Source: a virus. Taken from it: a stretch of DNA of 64,000 nt. The notes beneath the pieces are model-generated. The model saw only the letters and a list, made by a program, of their open reading frames with translations, was not told where the DNA came from and made no database searches. Position numbers and translations under genes: made by a program. The stretch spans positions 32,001 to 96,000 of the IMG/VR virus record IMGVR_UViG_3300023179_000021, one strand, 5' to 3'. Within the stretch, counting starts at the first letter, position 1; each line of letters opens with the position of its first letter. Below are positions 18,669 through 29,111 of this stretch, in pieces.

Positions 18669-20603
18669 ATGAAATATAGTGTGGTGATACCAACATATAA
18701 TCACTGTGATGATTTTCTTAAACCATGTATCGAATCAATTTTAGAATACACTCATATGAAAGACATAGAATTAATTGTGTCAGCCAATGGGTGTACCGAT
18801 AACACAAAAGAATACCTTGAAAGTCTAAAACTTAATACAAGTATTCATCTAAAAATAATTTGGTCCGATAGTGCAATTGGTTTTGCCAAAGCTGTTAATT
18901 TAGGCATTAAAGCCGCATCTTGTGATAAAATTATTCTTCTTAATAATGATACCAAACTTCTTCAACAAGAAAAAAACACCTGGTTAAATTTACTTGAAGC
19001 ACCCTTTGAAAATGAAAAATGTGGTATTTCTTGTGTGGTAAAAGAATACTCTAAAGTAATGAATAAAGATTTTGCTGTTTTCTTTTGTGTAATGATTGAC
19101 CGAAAAGTGTTTAATACCATTGGTTATTTAAATGAAGAATATGAAATTGGTTCAGGCGAAGATATGGAATTTTCTATTCTTGCCGAAGCGGCTGGGTTTC
19201 AAGTTACACAAGTTTCTGATAAAATAAAACTTGATCGAAAATATTTTACTGGTTCTTTTCCCATATATCATTTTGGTGAAGGTACTGTACACGACGAATC
19301 TTTAGTGCCGAATTGGAGTTCTGTATTTTTAAAAAATGCTTTGAAGGTAGCTAAGAAACATAATGAAGAATGGAGAAAAGAAAAAAACATGAATCATCCT
19401 AAAATTGGTGTAATTACTCCCGTTTATAATGATACCGAACATTTATTTCATGCAATTAATTCGGTAGAAACTCAAAATTTAGGTAATGTTGTACACTTTA
19501 TCTATGATGACTGTTCAACCGATGGCCTTGTAAATTCGGTCAGAGATTATATGAAAGGCAACAAATCGATTGTCTATATGAAAGGCATTGAAAACAAAGG
19601 CCAAGCACATTCAAGAAATCAAGCAATCACTGCAGCTCTCGCCGAGGGTTGCAATTATTTAGCTTTTTTAGATTCAGATGATGTTTGGTTTCCAAATCAT
19701 TTACAAAGAGCACTTGATGATTTAAGAACTAAAAATTGTGACATTGTTTATTCAACTCCACAATTTGTAACTGAAGATGGCCAAATTGTTTTTCCTTATA
19801 ACATTCCAGTGCCACATGTTTTTATTGGCAAACAACTAAGACATAATAACTTTATTTGGGTTTCAAGTGTCGTTTGTAATGCTCGTTGTTTTCTTTATGA
19901 AAAATTTGATGATACATTAAACAGCGTTGAAGAATGGGATATGTGGATTAGATTAGATGCAAGAGGATATAAATTTTATAAAGATGATGAAATAACCACT
20001 CGTTATTTGGTTCGTGATGGGTCGCAAGCCTCAAAGGGTGGTGAAAAGATGCCATTGTTTTGGCAGAAACATCAACAGTTACCGCAACTTAAATTACATT
20101 TGGCTTGTGGCCACGATTATGATGAGGATTATATCAACATTGATTTATATGCTCCTGAAGATGCTAGATGTGATATTCGTTTTGATGTTCAAAAATTACC
20201 GTATGATGATAATACCATTGATGAAATCAAGGCCTTTCATATCATTGAACATTTTCACTTTTTTGAAATACAAGAAGTTCTCAAAGAATGGCATCGTGTG
20301 CTGAAGCCCGGCGGAAAATTATATCTTGAAACTCCGGATTTTTTAGAAACTTGTCGTTCTTTTGTTGAAGGTAGTCCGATACCAGGTTATGATATAGAAC
20401 AATGGAGAATTTTGTTATACGGTCATTTTTTCGCTCATGCTTGGATTCCTGGGCAAATACATAAATTTTTATTTACTGAAACACAACTTAGAACAAACCT
20501 TGGATGGGCTGGGTTTAAAACTGTAAACCGTGTTCGGCCGGCGTCTAAGTATGTAATGAACGAAACACATCATTTATTTTTAACAGTTGAGGCTTTTAAG
20601 TGA
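18669..20603 (+). CDS. tandem GT2-GT2-methyltransferase fusion
   Basis: SVVIPTYN/LLNND, GVITPVYN/FLDSDD, LHLACG...RVLKPGG. Confidence 0.85.
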   Translation: MKYSVVIPTYNHCDDFLKPCIESILEYTHMKDIELIVSANGCTDNTKEYLESLKLNTSIHLKIIWSDSAIGFAKAVNLGIKAASCDKIILLNNDTKLLQQEKNTWLNLLEAPFENEKCGISCVVKEYSKVMNKDFAVFFCVMIDRKVFNTIGYLNEEYEIGSGEDMEFSILAEAAGFQVTQVSDKIKLDRKYFTGSFPIYHFGEGTVHDESLVPNWSSVFLKNALKVAKKHNEEWRKEKNMNHPKIGVITPVYNDTEHLFHAINSVETQNLGNVVHFIYDDCSTDGLVNSVRDYMKGNKSIVYMKGIENKGQAHSRNQAITAALAEGCNYLAFLDSDDVWFPNHLQRALDDLRTKNCDIVYSTPQFVTEDGQIVFPYNIPVPHVFIGKQLRHNNFIWVSSVVCNARCFLYEKFDDTLNSVEEWDMWIRLDARGYKFYKDDEITTRYLVRDGSQASKGGEKMPLFWQKHQQLPQLKLHLACGHDYDEDYINIDLYAPEDARCDIRFDVQKLPYDDNTIDEIKAFHIIEHFHFFEIQEVLKEWHRVLKPGGKLYLETPDFLETCRSFVEGSPIPGYDIEQWRILLYGHFFAHAWIPGQIHKFLFTETQLRTNLGWAGFKTVNRVRPASKYVMNETHHLFLTVEAFK

Positions 20604-21562
20604 GTATATTGTGTTCTATTTCCACTAAAGGTAGATATGATACAACACTACCAATGGCTATACAATCGGTTATTACACAAACTCTTTTACCAAATAAATT
20701 TGTATTGTTTGATGATAATGATGAACCAAAAGATTTAAGAGATATACAACATTATCAATACCTTTTTAAAATTCTCGACGAAAAAAATATTCAATGGGAA
20801 GTAGTTTTTGGACCTAAAAAAGGCCAACATCACAATCATCAAATAGCTAACAGTATGAATTATGAATGGGTTTGGAGGTTAGATGATGACACAGTGGCTG
20901 AATCAAATGTTCTAGAAAATTTAATGTCTTATACAAATTCAAAAGTTGGTGCAGTTGGTGGTTCAATATTAACACCACCATATATTAAAGGCCTTCAGTC
21001 AACCGGAAAAATTGAAAATATTGAAGAACAAAATATTCAATGGGATATGATAACAAATGTTAAAGAAGTTGACCATTTACATTGTTCTTTTGTTTATCGT
21101 GCCGGTATTCAAGACTATAACCTTTCATTATCGAGAGCAGCATTTCGTGAAGAAACATTATTTACTTTTGGTTTAAAACAAAAAGGCTATAAATTACTTG
21201 TCGTACCAAATGCTATAACTTGGCATCTTAAAAATCAATCTGGTGGTGTAAGAACAAATACCAAAGAAATGTTCGACAATGATGATCGAATATTTAAAAA
21301 CTTTTTGCAATTTAAAGATAAAACAATTGTAGTTCTTGATTGTGGTATGGGCGACCACATAGTATTTTCACATGTGCTTGATGACATACCAAATGCTGAA
21401 ATATTTTCTTGCTATCCCGACATAGTGCCAGGTCGAAGTATTGCTGAAGCTATAGATTTATTTGGTGAAATAGATCAATTCAATGTTTACAGAAAAATGG
21501 ATCAATGGAATTGGAAAGATTCATTAGAAAATGCCTTTCGAAAGATGTATATTGTAAAATGA
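20600..21562 (+). CDS. GT2 glycosyltransferase with a C-terminal GT9 N-lobe-like segment
   Basis: SISTKGR, WRLDDD, REET; C-terminal CGMGDHIVF. Confidence 0.75.
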   Translation: MSILCSISTKGRYDTTLPMAIQSVITQTLLPNKFVLFDDNDEPKDLRDIQHYQYLFKILDEKNIQWEVVFGPKKGQHHNHQIANSMNYEWVWRLDDDTVAESNVLENLMSYTNSKVGAVGGSILTPPYIKGLQSTGKIENIEEQNIQWDMITNVKEVDHLHCSFVYRAGIQDYNLSLSRAAFREETLFTFGLKQKGYKLLVVPNAITWHLKNQSGGVRTNTKEMFDNDDRIFKNFLQFKDKTIVVLDCGMGDHIVFSHVLDDIPNAEIFSCYPDIVPGRSIAEAIDLFGEIDQFNVYRKMDQWNWKDSLENAFRKMYIVK

Positions 21563-21987
21563 TAATTATTTCTCCTTATTCAAAACCTCTTCGTAATGGA
21601 CAAAATAATCCTAAAAATTACCCATATTGGAAAGAACTGATTTCATTAATTAAAGAACCAATTATACAAGTGGGAACTAATGAAGAAATTCAACTTGTAA
21701 AAGAGTTTCATAAAAATTTATCAATACCTGAGCTTCGAAACCTTATAAATTCATGTCGAACATGGATTTCAGTTGACAGTTTTTTTCAGCATTTAGCCTG
21801 GGATCAAGGTAAACCCGGCATTGTGCTTTGGGGGCAATCAGATCCGTTGATATTTGGTCATCCTGAAAACACAAATTTATTAAAAGATCGTTCTTATTTG
21901 CGGGAAAAACAATTTTGGTTGTGGGAACAATGTAACTATAGAAAGGAGGCCTTTGTCGAACCGGCAGAAGTTCTAAAGTATTTGTAA
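21559..21987 (+). CDS. GT9 C-terminal-lobe protein
   Basis: KNYPYW, WISVDSFFQHLA..GKPGIVLWG. Confidence 0.7.
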   Translation: MIIISPYSKPLRNGQNNPKNYPYWKELISLIKEPIIQVGTNEEIQLVKEFHKNLSIPELRNLINSCRTWISVDSFFQHLAWDQGKPGIVLWGQSDPLIFGHPENTNLLKDRSYLREKQFWLWEQCNYRKEAFVEPAEVLKYL

Positions 21988-21988
21988 G

Positions 21989-21995
21989 ATAAATA
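21989..21995 (+). promoter_or_regulatory. T4-type late promoter (ATAAATA)
   Basis: Intergenic, upstream of gp13. Confidence 0.6.
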
Positions 21996-22016
21996 CTTTA
22001 TAAACAAGGATTTCTT

Positions 22017-22970
22017 ATGGCCACTCCAACAACAAGAACACAATTTCGTGATTACTGCCTTAGACGGCTAGGATTTCCAGTCATTGATATTAATGTCGAT
22101 GACGATCAAATTGATGATAGAATTGATGATGCACTGAGTTTTTTCTATGATTACCACTACGATGGAACAGAAAAACTTTTCATGAAGCATCAAATAACAC
22201 AAACAGACATCGACCGCCGTTGGATTTATTGTCCCGATGCGGTGCTTTTTGTCACTGGCGTTCTTCGTTTTGATGATTCAAATTCTTCAATTAATATGTT
22301 TGACCTTAGATACCAATTAAGGCTACATGATTTATATGATTTCACTTCAGTTTCTTATGTTTCGTATGAAATTACCATGCAACATATTCAATCTTTAAAC
22401 CTTCTTTTTTCTGGAACACCACAATTTCGTTTTAATCGTTTGCAAAACAAAGTATTTTTAGACATTGATTGGACAAGAGATGTTGAAGTTGGAGATTATG
22501 TAATTATTGAATGTTATCGTAAAATGGCACCAGAAACTGTTAGTCTTACAGGCACAGCCGCACTTACATCTGGTAACACAACGGTTACAGGAACTGGTAC
22601 AAAATTTGACCAAGAAATTGTAGAAAATGATTTTGTAACATTTGGCTCCGAAACAATTCAAGTCAGTAAAATTATTTCGCCAACTAGCATAACACTAACT
22701 ACTGCACCATCAGCAACAAATGCTGCAGCAACAATGACAGTTTCCGGCCTCACTGATGTTTGGGATACTCGTTTTTTAAAAGCTTATGCCACTGCTAAAA
22801 TTAAAATGCAGTGGGGTTCTAATCTTAAAAAATTCGGTGGCATACAAATGCCTGGTGGAGTTACATTAAATGGCCAACAAATTTATGATGAAGCTATGGA
22901 AGAAATTAAATATCTTGAAGAGCAAATGTATAACTCAACAAGTATGCCTAGTGAAATTATGATAGGGTAA
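22017..22970 (+). CDS. gp13: neck protein gp13
   Basis: YCLRRLGFPVIDINVDDDQIDDRIDDAL, QWGSNLKKFGGIQMPGGVTLNG. Confidence 0.92.
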   Translation: MATPTTRTQFRDYCLRRLGFPVIDINVDDDQIDDRIDDALSFFYDYHYDGTEKLFMKHQITQTDIDRRWIYCPDAVLFVTGVLRFDDSNSSINMFDLRYQLRLHDLYDFTSVSYVSYEITMQHIQSLNLLFSGTPQFRFNRLQNKVFLDIDWTRDVEVGDYVIIECYRKMAPETVSLTGTAALTSGNTTVTGTGTKFDQEIVENDFVTFGSETIQVSKIISPTSITLTTAPSATNAAATMTVSGLTDVWDTRFLKAYATAKIKMQWGSNLKKFGGIQMPGGVTLNGQQIYDEAMEEIKYLEEQMYNSTSMPSEIMIG

Positions 22971-22973
22971 TTT

Positions 22974-23882
22974 GTGCCTACTAACCTATATTTTAACCAC
23001 TTTCCTAAAAATCAAATAACAAGTGAGCAACTTCTTGTTGAAGATTTGGTTATTGAAGCCATGCAGATTTATGGTATGGATGTTTATTACCTTCCAAGAA
23101 CTGTAAGAGGGGGAAATGAAGTAGATTATATTTACGGTGAAGATACGTTAAAAGAATATAAGGTAGCACATCCATTAGAAATGTATCTTGAAAATGTAAC
23201 AGGTATGGATGGCGAAGGTGATTTTATTTCCAAATTTGGCCTTGAAATTCGTGATGAATTATCTCTATTGGTTTCTAGAAAACGTTTTAGATATGCAACA
23301 AGAAATAGCCAATTAATAAGGCCAAGAGAGGGTGACTTGGTTTATGTTCCTCTCATGAAAAATTTTTTTGAAATTACTTTTGTTGAAAGTGAAAATGACC
23401 AAGCCATGTTTTATACTCTTGGTCGCGGTCGTGGTGGTAATGTATATGTTTATGCTATGAAATTAAAACAATTTGTATTTTCAAATGAAATTATTGAAAC
23501 TGGTATTGCTGAAGTTGATGAACAAATTCGTGATAATTATTTTCGAACCAAAATTACATTGACAACTGGTTCTGGCTATTATTCAAATGGTGAAATTGTT
23601 TATCAAGGCACCAGTCTTGCAAATGCTAATGCACAGGCTATCGTTGAAAGTTTTGATTTAGTGAGCGCAAGTAAATACATTCAAATTATTCGTGTACAAG
23701 GTAATTTCACCACTGCAAACGTAATTGGCGTAACAAGTGGCGCATCTTGGATGGCCAATGTTGTTTCCGATACTGCTACAATGGATAATGCTTTTGAAGA
23801 CATTGTTGATAATAATCGTATTGAAGGTGAAGCTGATGCAATACTTGATTGGACAGAAACTAACCCATTTGGTGAATCATAA
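22974..23882 (+). CDS. gp14: neck protein gp14
   Basis: EQLLVEDLVIEA..IYG.DVYYLPR, SKFGLEIRDE, RPREGDL. Confidence 0.92.
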   Translation: MPTNLYFNHFPKNQITSEQLLVEDLVIEAMQIYGMDVYYLPRTVRGGNEVDYIYGEDTLKEYKVAHPLEMYLENVTGMDGEGDFISKFGLEIRDELSLLVSRKRFRYATRNSQLIRPREGDLVYVPLMKNFFEITFVESENDQAMFYTLGRGRGGNVYVYAMKLKQFVFSNEIIETGIAEVDEQIRDNYFRTKITLTTGSGYYSNGEIVYQGTSLANANAQAIVESFDLVSASKYIQIIRVQGNFTTANVIGVTSGASWMANVVSDTATMDNAFEDIVDNNRIEGEADAILDWTETNPFGES

Positions 23883-24874
23883 TGTTAGGTAACGACTTTT
23901 TTAGTCACCGCACCATACGAAAAGTTGTTGTAGCCTTTGGCACAATGTTTAATGATTTAATTATAACTAGAATCACACATTCTGGCGCTCAAAAAGAACA
24001 TTTTAAGATTCCATTGTCATATGGTGCAAAAGAAAAATACTTGACACTGATTACTTCGGATCCAACATTGACAAAATCAATTGCTGTAACAGTGCCCAGA
24101 ATTTCATTTAACCTTGACAGTTTATCTTATGATCCAACTCGTAAACAAATGTCAACGATACGGAACTTCTCCGCTAATACATCAACAGCAACTAAAACAC
24201 AATTTGCTCCAGTTCCATATAACTTTGAGTTTTCATTGTCAATATATGTAAGAAATACAGAAGATGGCACACAAATACTTGAACAAATACTTCCATTTTT
24301 TACACCAGATTTTACAGTTACGGTAGATTTTATTCCTTCAATGGATCAAAAATATGATTTACCTATTATACTTAATTCTGTAACATCAACAGTTGACTAT
24401 GAAGGTGACATGTCCACCACACGTTTGATTATGTGGGATTTATCATTTACTGTAAAAGGTTATGTTTGGCCACCAATTAAATCTGGCGAAATTATACGTC
24501 AAGCTAATACAAACATTTATTATCAACCACAAAGTTTAGATGGTCAAGTTGTTTTTGTTGATTATGCCAATGGTACAGGACAATATTTACAATCAGAAAC
24601 TATTCGTGTGGATGATCGATTAGTAAGTGGCCGCGTTCTTTATTTTAGTAACAGTAATACTGGGATATTAATTGCTACAAGTTTAAATAAATTGCTTGAG
24701 GTTGGAGATGTAGTCATCGGTGATATAAGTAATGCATCATTTACAATATCAACTGTAGAAAATACAGCACTTAAACAAACAGCAATAGTTACCACTCCAA
24801 ACCCATCAAATGCTTTACCCGATGATGAATTTGGATTCAATGAAACAATCATCAACTGGCCTAATACGGTATGA
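23882..24874 (+). CDS. gp15: tail sheath stabilizer/terminator gp15
   Basis: IRKVVVAFGTMFND, PLSYG.KEK, QILEQILPFFTP. Confidence 0.92.
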   Translation: MLGNDFFSHRTIRKVVVAFGTMFNDLIITRITHSGAQKEHFKIPLSYGAKEKYLTLITSDPTLTKSIAVTVPRISFNLDSLSYDPTRKQMSTIRNFSANTSTATKTQFAPVPYNFEFSLSIYVRNTEDGTQILEQILPFFTPDFTVTVDFIPSMDQKYDLPIILNSVTSTVDYEGDMSTTRLIMWDLSFTVKGYVWPPIKSGEIIRQANTNIYYQPQSLDGQVVFVDYANGTGQYLQSETIRVDDRLVSGRVLYFSNSNTGILIATSLNKLLEVGDVVIGDISNASFTISTVENTALKQTAIVTTPNPSNALPDDEFGFNETIINWPNTV

Positions 24875-25272
24875 AAAAAATAAATGAAAAATTATCGGAG
24901 CTGTTTGAAGTTGAACCAATAATAATAGAACAACCTAAAGTTGAAACAGTTATTGTTTCTGAAACTAACCCTGTTGATTCCGATGCAGAATTTGCTCGTA
25001 AAAATATTCGTGATTTATTACAAAAAGGCGGTTATGCAATTGATGAATTATTAATGGTTGCAAAACATTCTGAATCACCGAGAGCCTATGAAGTGGCTGC
25101 CAATTTAATTAAGAATTTATCTGATCTAAATAAAGACCTATTAGAGATTCAAAAACGCAAAAAAGATTTAGTTGCTGACAAAGCCGGATCAAAAGATGTG
25201 AATATTGATAAAGCTGTTTTCGTCGGTTCAACCGCAGAATTAATGAAACTTTTAAAAACAAATAAGGCATAA
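24871..25272 (+). CDS. gp16: terminase small subunit gp16
   Basis: D.EFARKN, SESPRAYEV, VFVGSTAEL. Confidence 0.9.
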   Translation: MKKINEKLSELFEVEPIIIEQPKVETVIVSETNPVDSDAEFARKNIRDLLQKGGYAIDELLMVAKHSESPRAYEVAANLIKNLSDLNKDLLEIQKRKKDLVADKAGSKDVNIDKAVFVGSTAELMKLLKTNKA

Positions 25273-25273
25273 A

Positions 25274-25708
25274 ATGGAAAAATTAATTGAACAATTGAAA
25301 GTTATTTTGGGTACAAATTTTGCACTATATTACAAAGCACACAGCTACCATTGGAATGTAGAAGGGCCTGATTTTCCTCAATACCACAAATTTTTGAAAA
25401 AACTTTATTCAGCAATTTTTGAAAATGTTGATAATATTGCCGAACAAATACGTGCTCTTGATTCTTATGCACCAACTAGTTTATCAAGAATATTAGAACT
25501 TTCAGATATTAGTGAGACTGATATAATACCAAGTCCTTTGATTATGATGGCTAATTTAAAAAATGAAAATGATCGTTTTATGATACATGTTCGTGCTGGA
25601 ATTGTAGCTGCTAATGAAGCTGATGAGCCCGGAATTTCAAATTTTCTCCAAGACATTTTAAATCAACATCAAAAACATTCTTGGATGCTTCGTAGTATTA
25701 TTAAATAA
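25274..25708 (+). CDS. dps: Dps/ferritin-like DNA protection protein
   Basis: KAHSYHWNVEGPDF..YH, DNIAEQIRAL, HQKHSWML. Confidence 0.9.
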   Translation: MEKLIEQLKVILGTNFALYYKAHSYHWNVEGPDFPQYHKFLKKLYSAIFENVDNIAEQIRALDSYAPTSLSRILELSDISETDIIPSPLIMMANLKNENDRFMIHVRAGIVAANEADEPGISNFLQDILNQHQKHSWMLRSIIK

Positions 25709-27360
25709 TGTCTGATAGTTACCTTGGCAACTCTAGTCTTAAAAAAATTGGTATTTCTATACCATTTACAGAAGAAAATGTATTAGAATATAAAAAATGT
25801 TCCGAAGAACCAATTTATTTTATAGATAATTATTGTCATATAGTTACACTCGACCACGGTATTCAAAAATTCAAACTTTTTGATTGTCAAAAAGAAAAAA
25901 TTAATTTAATACACAAAGAACGCCGTGTCATTATTATGGAATCTCGGCAAGCAGGCAAAACAACTACAGCGGCGGCATATATTCTTTGGTATACACTATT
26001 TCAAGCTGACAAAAATGTTGCAATTTTGGCCAACAAAGACAAAACAGCTCGCGAGATTCTTTCTCGTTATCAATTGATGTATGAACATTTACCATTATGG
26101 ATGCAACAAGGTGTTAAAACATGGAATAAAGGTGATATTGAATTAGAAAATAATTCAAAAGTATTTACTGCTGCGACAACTACAGCCGGTATTCGTTCTA
26201 AATCGGTTAATCTTTTATATATCGACGAAGCTGCAATTATTCCAAACAATATTGCTGATGCATTTTTTACATCAGTTTATCCGGTTGTTTCAGCTGGTCA
26301 AACAACTAAAATTCTCATCACTTCAACGCCACTTGGATATAATCATTTTTGGAAATTTTGGAATGATGCTGAACATGGTCGTAATGGTTTTGTGCCTCTT
26401 TTTATTCCTTATTGGAAAATTCCAGGCCGTGATGAAAGATGGGCTGAAGAACAACGCCGTGTTCTTGGCGATGTCAAATATAATCAAGAAGTTTTATGTA
26501 AATTTTTAGGTTCGGCACTGACACTTATTCGCTCTGATATAATTGAACAAATGTCATATATTGAACCAATTTATCAAAAAGAAGGCCTTGATTTGTATGA
26601 AATGCCAGAAAAAAATCATAGCTATGTCATTGTAGCTGATACAGCAAAAGGCGTTGGTGGTGATTATTCAGCATTTGTTATTGTTGACATTACAGAAGTG
26701 CCATATAGAGTTGTTGGCAAATATCGTGATAATAATATAGCGCCCATGCTATACCCATCAGTTATCTATCGTGTTGCTAGTGATTTTAATTCAGCACATG
26801 TACTAATAGAAATAAACACATCTGAACAAGTAGCACATATTTTATATCAAGAATATGAATATGAAAATATATTATTTGTGCAAAGAGATAGTAAGGGCCA
26901 AAGAGTTTCTGGTGGTTTCGCTGGCGCAGGAAAAACACAATTAGGCGTTTCAACCGACAAAAAAGTAAAAAGAATTGGATGTTTTAATTTTAAATCATTA
27001 CTTGAAGAAAAAAAACTTCTTGTTTTTGATGCTGATGTAATTTCCGAATTATCTACATTTATTGAATCGAAAGGGTCATATGAAGCCGATGTTGGTTATC
27101 ATGATGATTTGGTAATGCCTTTAGTTTTGTTTGGATGGCTTACAACGAATTCTTATTTTAGAGAAATTACCGATGTTAATCTTCGCAAAGCCGTTTATGA
27201 ACAAAAAATTAAACAAATTGAAGAAGACATGCTGCCTCTGGGTTTTATCAATGATGGTCAACAAGAAGAGGTAACTATTGATTCGGGAGATGTTTGGGGT
27301 AACTATAATTTTGAAGAAAGAAATACGCCACCTCCTGGGTATCTTTCTTCTAAATTGTAA
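25708..27360 (+). CDS. gp17: terminase large subunit gp17
   Basis: SRQAGKTT Walker A, LLYIDEAA, ITSTPLG, HDDLVM. Confidence 0.95.
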   Translation: MSDSYLGNSSLKKIGISIPFTEENVLEYKKCSEEPIYFIDNYCHIVTLDHGIQKFKLFDCQKEKINLIHKERRVIIMESRQAGKTTTAAAYILWYTLFQADKNVAILANKDKTAREILSRYQLMYEHLPLWMQQGVKTWNKGDIELENNSKVFTAATTTAGIRSKSVNLLYIDEAAIIPNNIADAFFTSVYPVVSAGQTTKILITSTPLGYNHFWKFWNDAEHGRNGFVPLFIPYWKIPGRDERWAEEQRRVLGDVKYNQEVLCKFLGSALTLIRSDIIEQMSYIEPIYQKEGLDLYEMPEKNHSYVIVADTAKGVGGDYSAFVIVDITEVPYRVVGKYRDNNIAPMLYPSVIYRVASDFNSAHVLIEINTSEQVAHILYQEYEYENILFVQRDSKGQRVSGGFAGAGKTQLGVSTDKKVKRIGCFNFKSLLEEKKLLVFDADVISELSTFIESKGSYEADVGYHDDLVMPLVLFGWLTTNSYFREITDVNLRKAVYEQKIKQIEEDMLPLGFINDGQQEEVTIDSGDVWGNYNFEERNTPPPGYLSSKL

Positions 27361-27365
27361 AAATA

Positions 27366-27372
27366 CTAAATA
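27366..27372 (+). promoter_or_regulatory. late promoter variant (CTAAATA)
   Basis: Intergenic, upstream of gp18. Confidence 0.6.
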
Positions 27373-27421
27373 GAGTATTGATAAAAAAAACTGATTGTAC
27401 TTATAACTAAAGGAGAAATCC

Positions 27422-29086
27422 ATGGCGTTTCAGCTTTCACCTGGCGTAAATGTATCAGAAATTGATCTGACTACAATTGTGCCCTCAGTCGCCACATCAG
27501 TTGGCGCCTTTGCCGGAATTTTTGCCTGGGGACCAGTTAATGAAGTCATTACAATTTCCGACGAAGTTCGTTTGGTTGACGTATTTGGTAAGCCAGACAA
27601 CAATAATTATGAATACTGGTTTTCAGCCGCTAACTTTTTAGCATATTCAAACAACCTTCGTGTCATTCGTGCAGCAAATTTAGCTACAACAAATACAGCT
27701 ACAAGTGCAAACTCGGGTCTTTTAATTGAAAATGAAGATGATTACTTAGATAATCACAGTTCTGGTGCAAACACTTATGGTCGTTTTGCAGCTAAATACC
27801 CCGGTGATTTGGGTAATTCAATTCGTGTAGAAGTTGCAGATTCAAACACATATTCTGGTTGGACATACGCAAATAATTTTACATCTACACCAAATACTTC
27901 TGTATCTGTTTCAAATCGTGGTGGTGCAAATGATGAATTGCATATCATTGTTCTTGATGTTAATGGTAAATTTACTGGAACAAATAATACAATTCTTGAA
28001 AAATTTCCTTTTGTTTCTAAAGCCAGTGATGCTAAAAGTTTTGATGGTTCTAGTAACTTCTATAAAGATGTTCTTAATCAAAGGTCTAAATACATTTATT
28101 GGATGTCACACCCAGACAGTACAAATTGGGGCACCGTAAACTCTAGCTATACATTACTTGCAACAAGAATCACCTCGACCCTCGCAAATGGCGCCAACGG
28201 TTCAGTAACAGCTGGTGATATTCAAACAGCATTTAATAAAGTAGCCAACCCCGATTCAGAAGACGTTTCATTAATTATTACAGGCCCAGCAACTGCAGCT
28301 ACAATTACAAATGCTATCTCAATTGCTGAAACTCGTAAAGATTGTGTTGTGTTTTGCTCACCAGAGAAAGCTGATGTTGTTGATAATTCTGGTTCTCAAG
28401 AGAATGATGTAACAGCATTCCGTGATACAATTACATCTTCTTCATATGCTGTTATGGATTCTGGTTGGAAATATCAATACGACAAATACAATGACGTTTA
28501 TCGTTGGATACCACTAAATGCTGATACTGCCGGACTCTGTGCTCGAACAGATCAAGAACGTGATCCATGGTTTTCACCAGCAGGTACAAATCGCGGCGTA
28601 ATTAAGAACGTTATTAAATTGGCTTGGAATCCCACTAAAGCTAATCGTGATGTTCTTTACAATCGTGGTATTAATCCAGTTGTTACATTTCAAGGCGAGG
28701 GCACAGTTCTTTTTGGCGACAAAACACTTTTAAGCCGCCCATCAGCATTTGATCGCATTAATGTTCGACGCTTATTCATTTCACTTGAAAAATCAATAGC
28801 ACGTGCAGCTCGCACTTCACTGTTTGAATTTAATGATACATTTACGAGATCACAATTTGTAAATCTGGTTGAGCCTTATCTTCGTGATGTACAAGGTCGC
28901 CGCGGTATTACTGACTTCCGTGTTGTGTGTGATGAAACAAATAACACTGCTGAAGTTATTGATCGCAACGAATTTGTTGGCGATATTTTTATCAAACCAG
29001 CTCGTTCAATTAACTTTATTCAATTGAATTTTGTTGCTGTAAGAAGTGGTGTAGCTTTTGAAGAAATTGTTGGTCGTGCAGTCTAA
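27422..29086 (+). CDS. gp18: tail sheath protein gp18
   Basis: LSPGVNVSEIDLT, PWFSPAG, FDRINVRRLF. Confidence 0.95.
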   Translation: MAFQLSPGVNVSEIDLTTIVPSVATSVGAFAGIFAWGPVNEVITISDEVRLVDVFGKPDNNNYEYWFSAANFLAYSNNLRVIRAANLATTNTATSANSGLLIENEDDYLDNHSSGANTYGRFAAKYPGDLGNSIRVEVADSNTYSGWTYANNFTSTPNTSVSVSNRGGANDELHIIVLDVNGKFTGTNNTILEKFPFVSKASDAKSFDGSSNFYKDVLNQRSKYIYWMSHPDSTNWGTVNSSYTLLATRITSTLANGANGSVTAGDIQTAFNKVANPDSEDVSLIITGPATAATITNAISIAETRKDCVVFCSPEKADVVDNSGSQENDVTAFRDTITSSSYAVMDSGWKYQYDKYNDVYRWIPLNADTAGLCARTDQERDPWFSPAGTNRGVIKNVIKLAWNPTKANRDVLYNRGINPVVTFQGEGTVLFGDKTLLSRPSAFDRINVRRLFISLEKSIARAARTSLFEFNDTFTRSQFVNLVEPYLRDVQGRRGITDFRVVCDETNNTAEVIDRNEFVGDIFIKPARSINFIQLNFVAVRSGVAFEEIVGRAV

Positions 29087-29111
29087 ATAGGGAAAAATAG
29101 GAGAAAATAAC

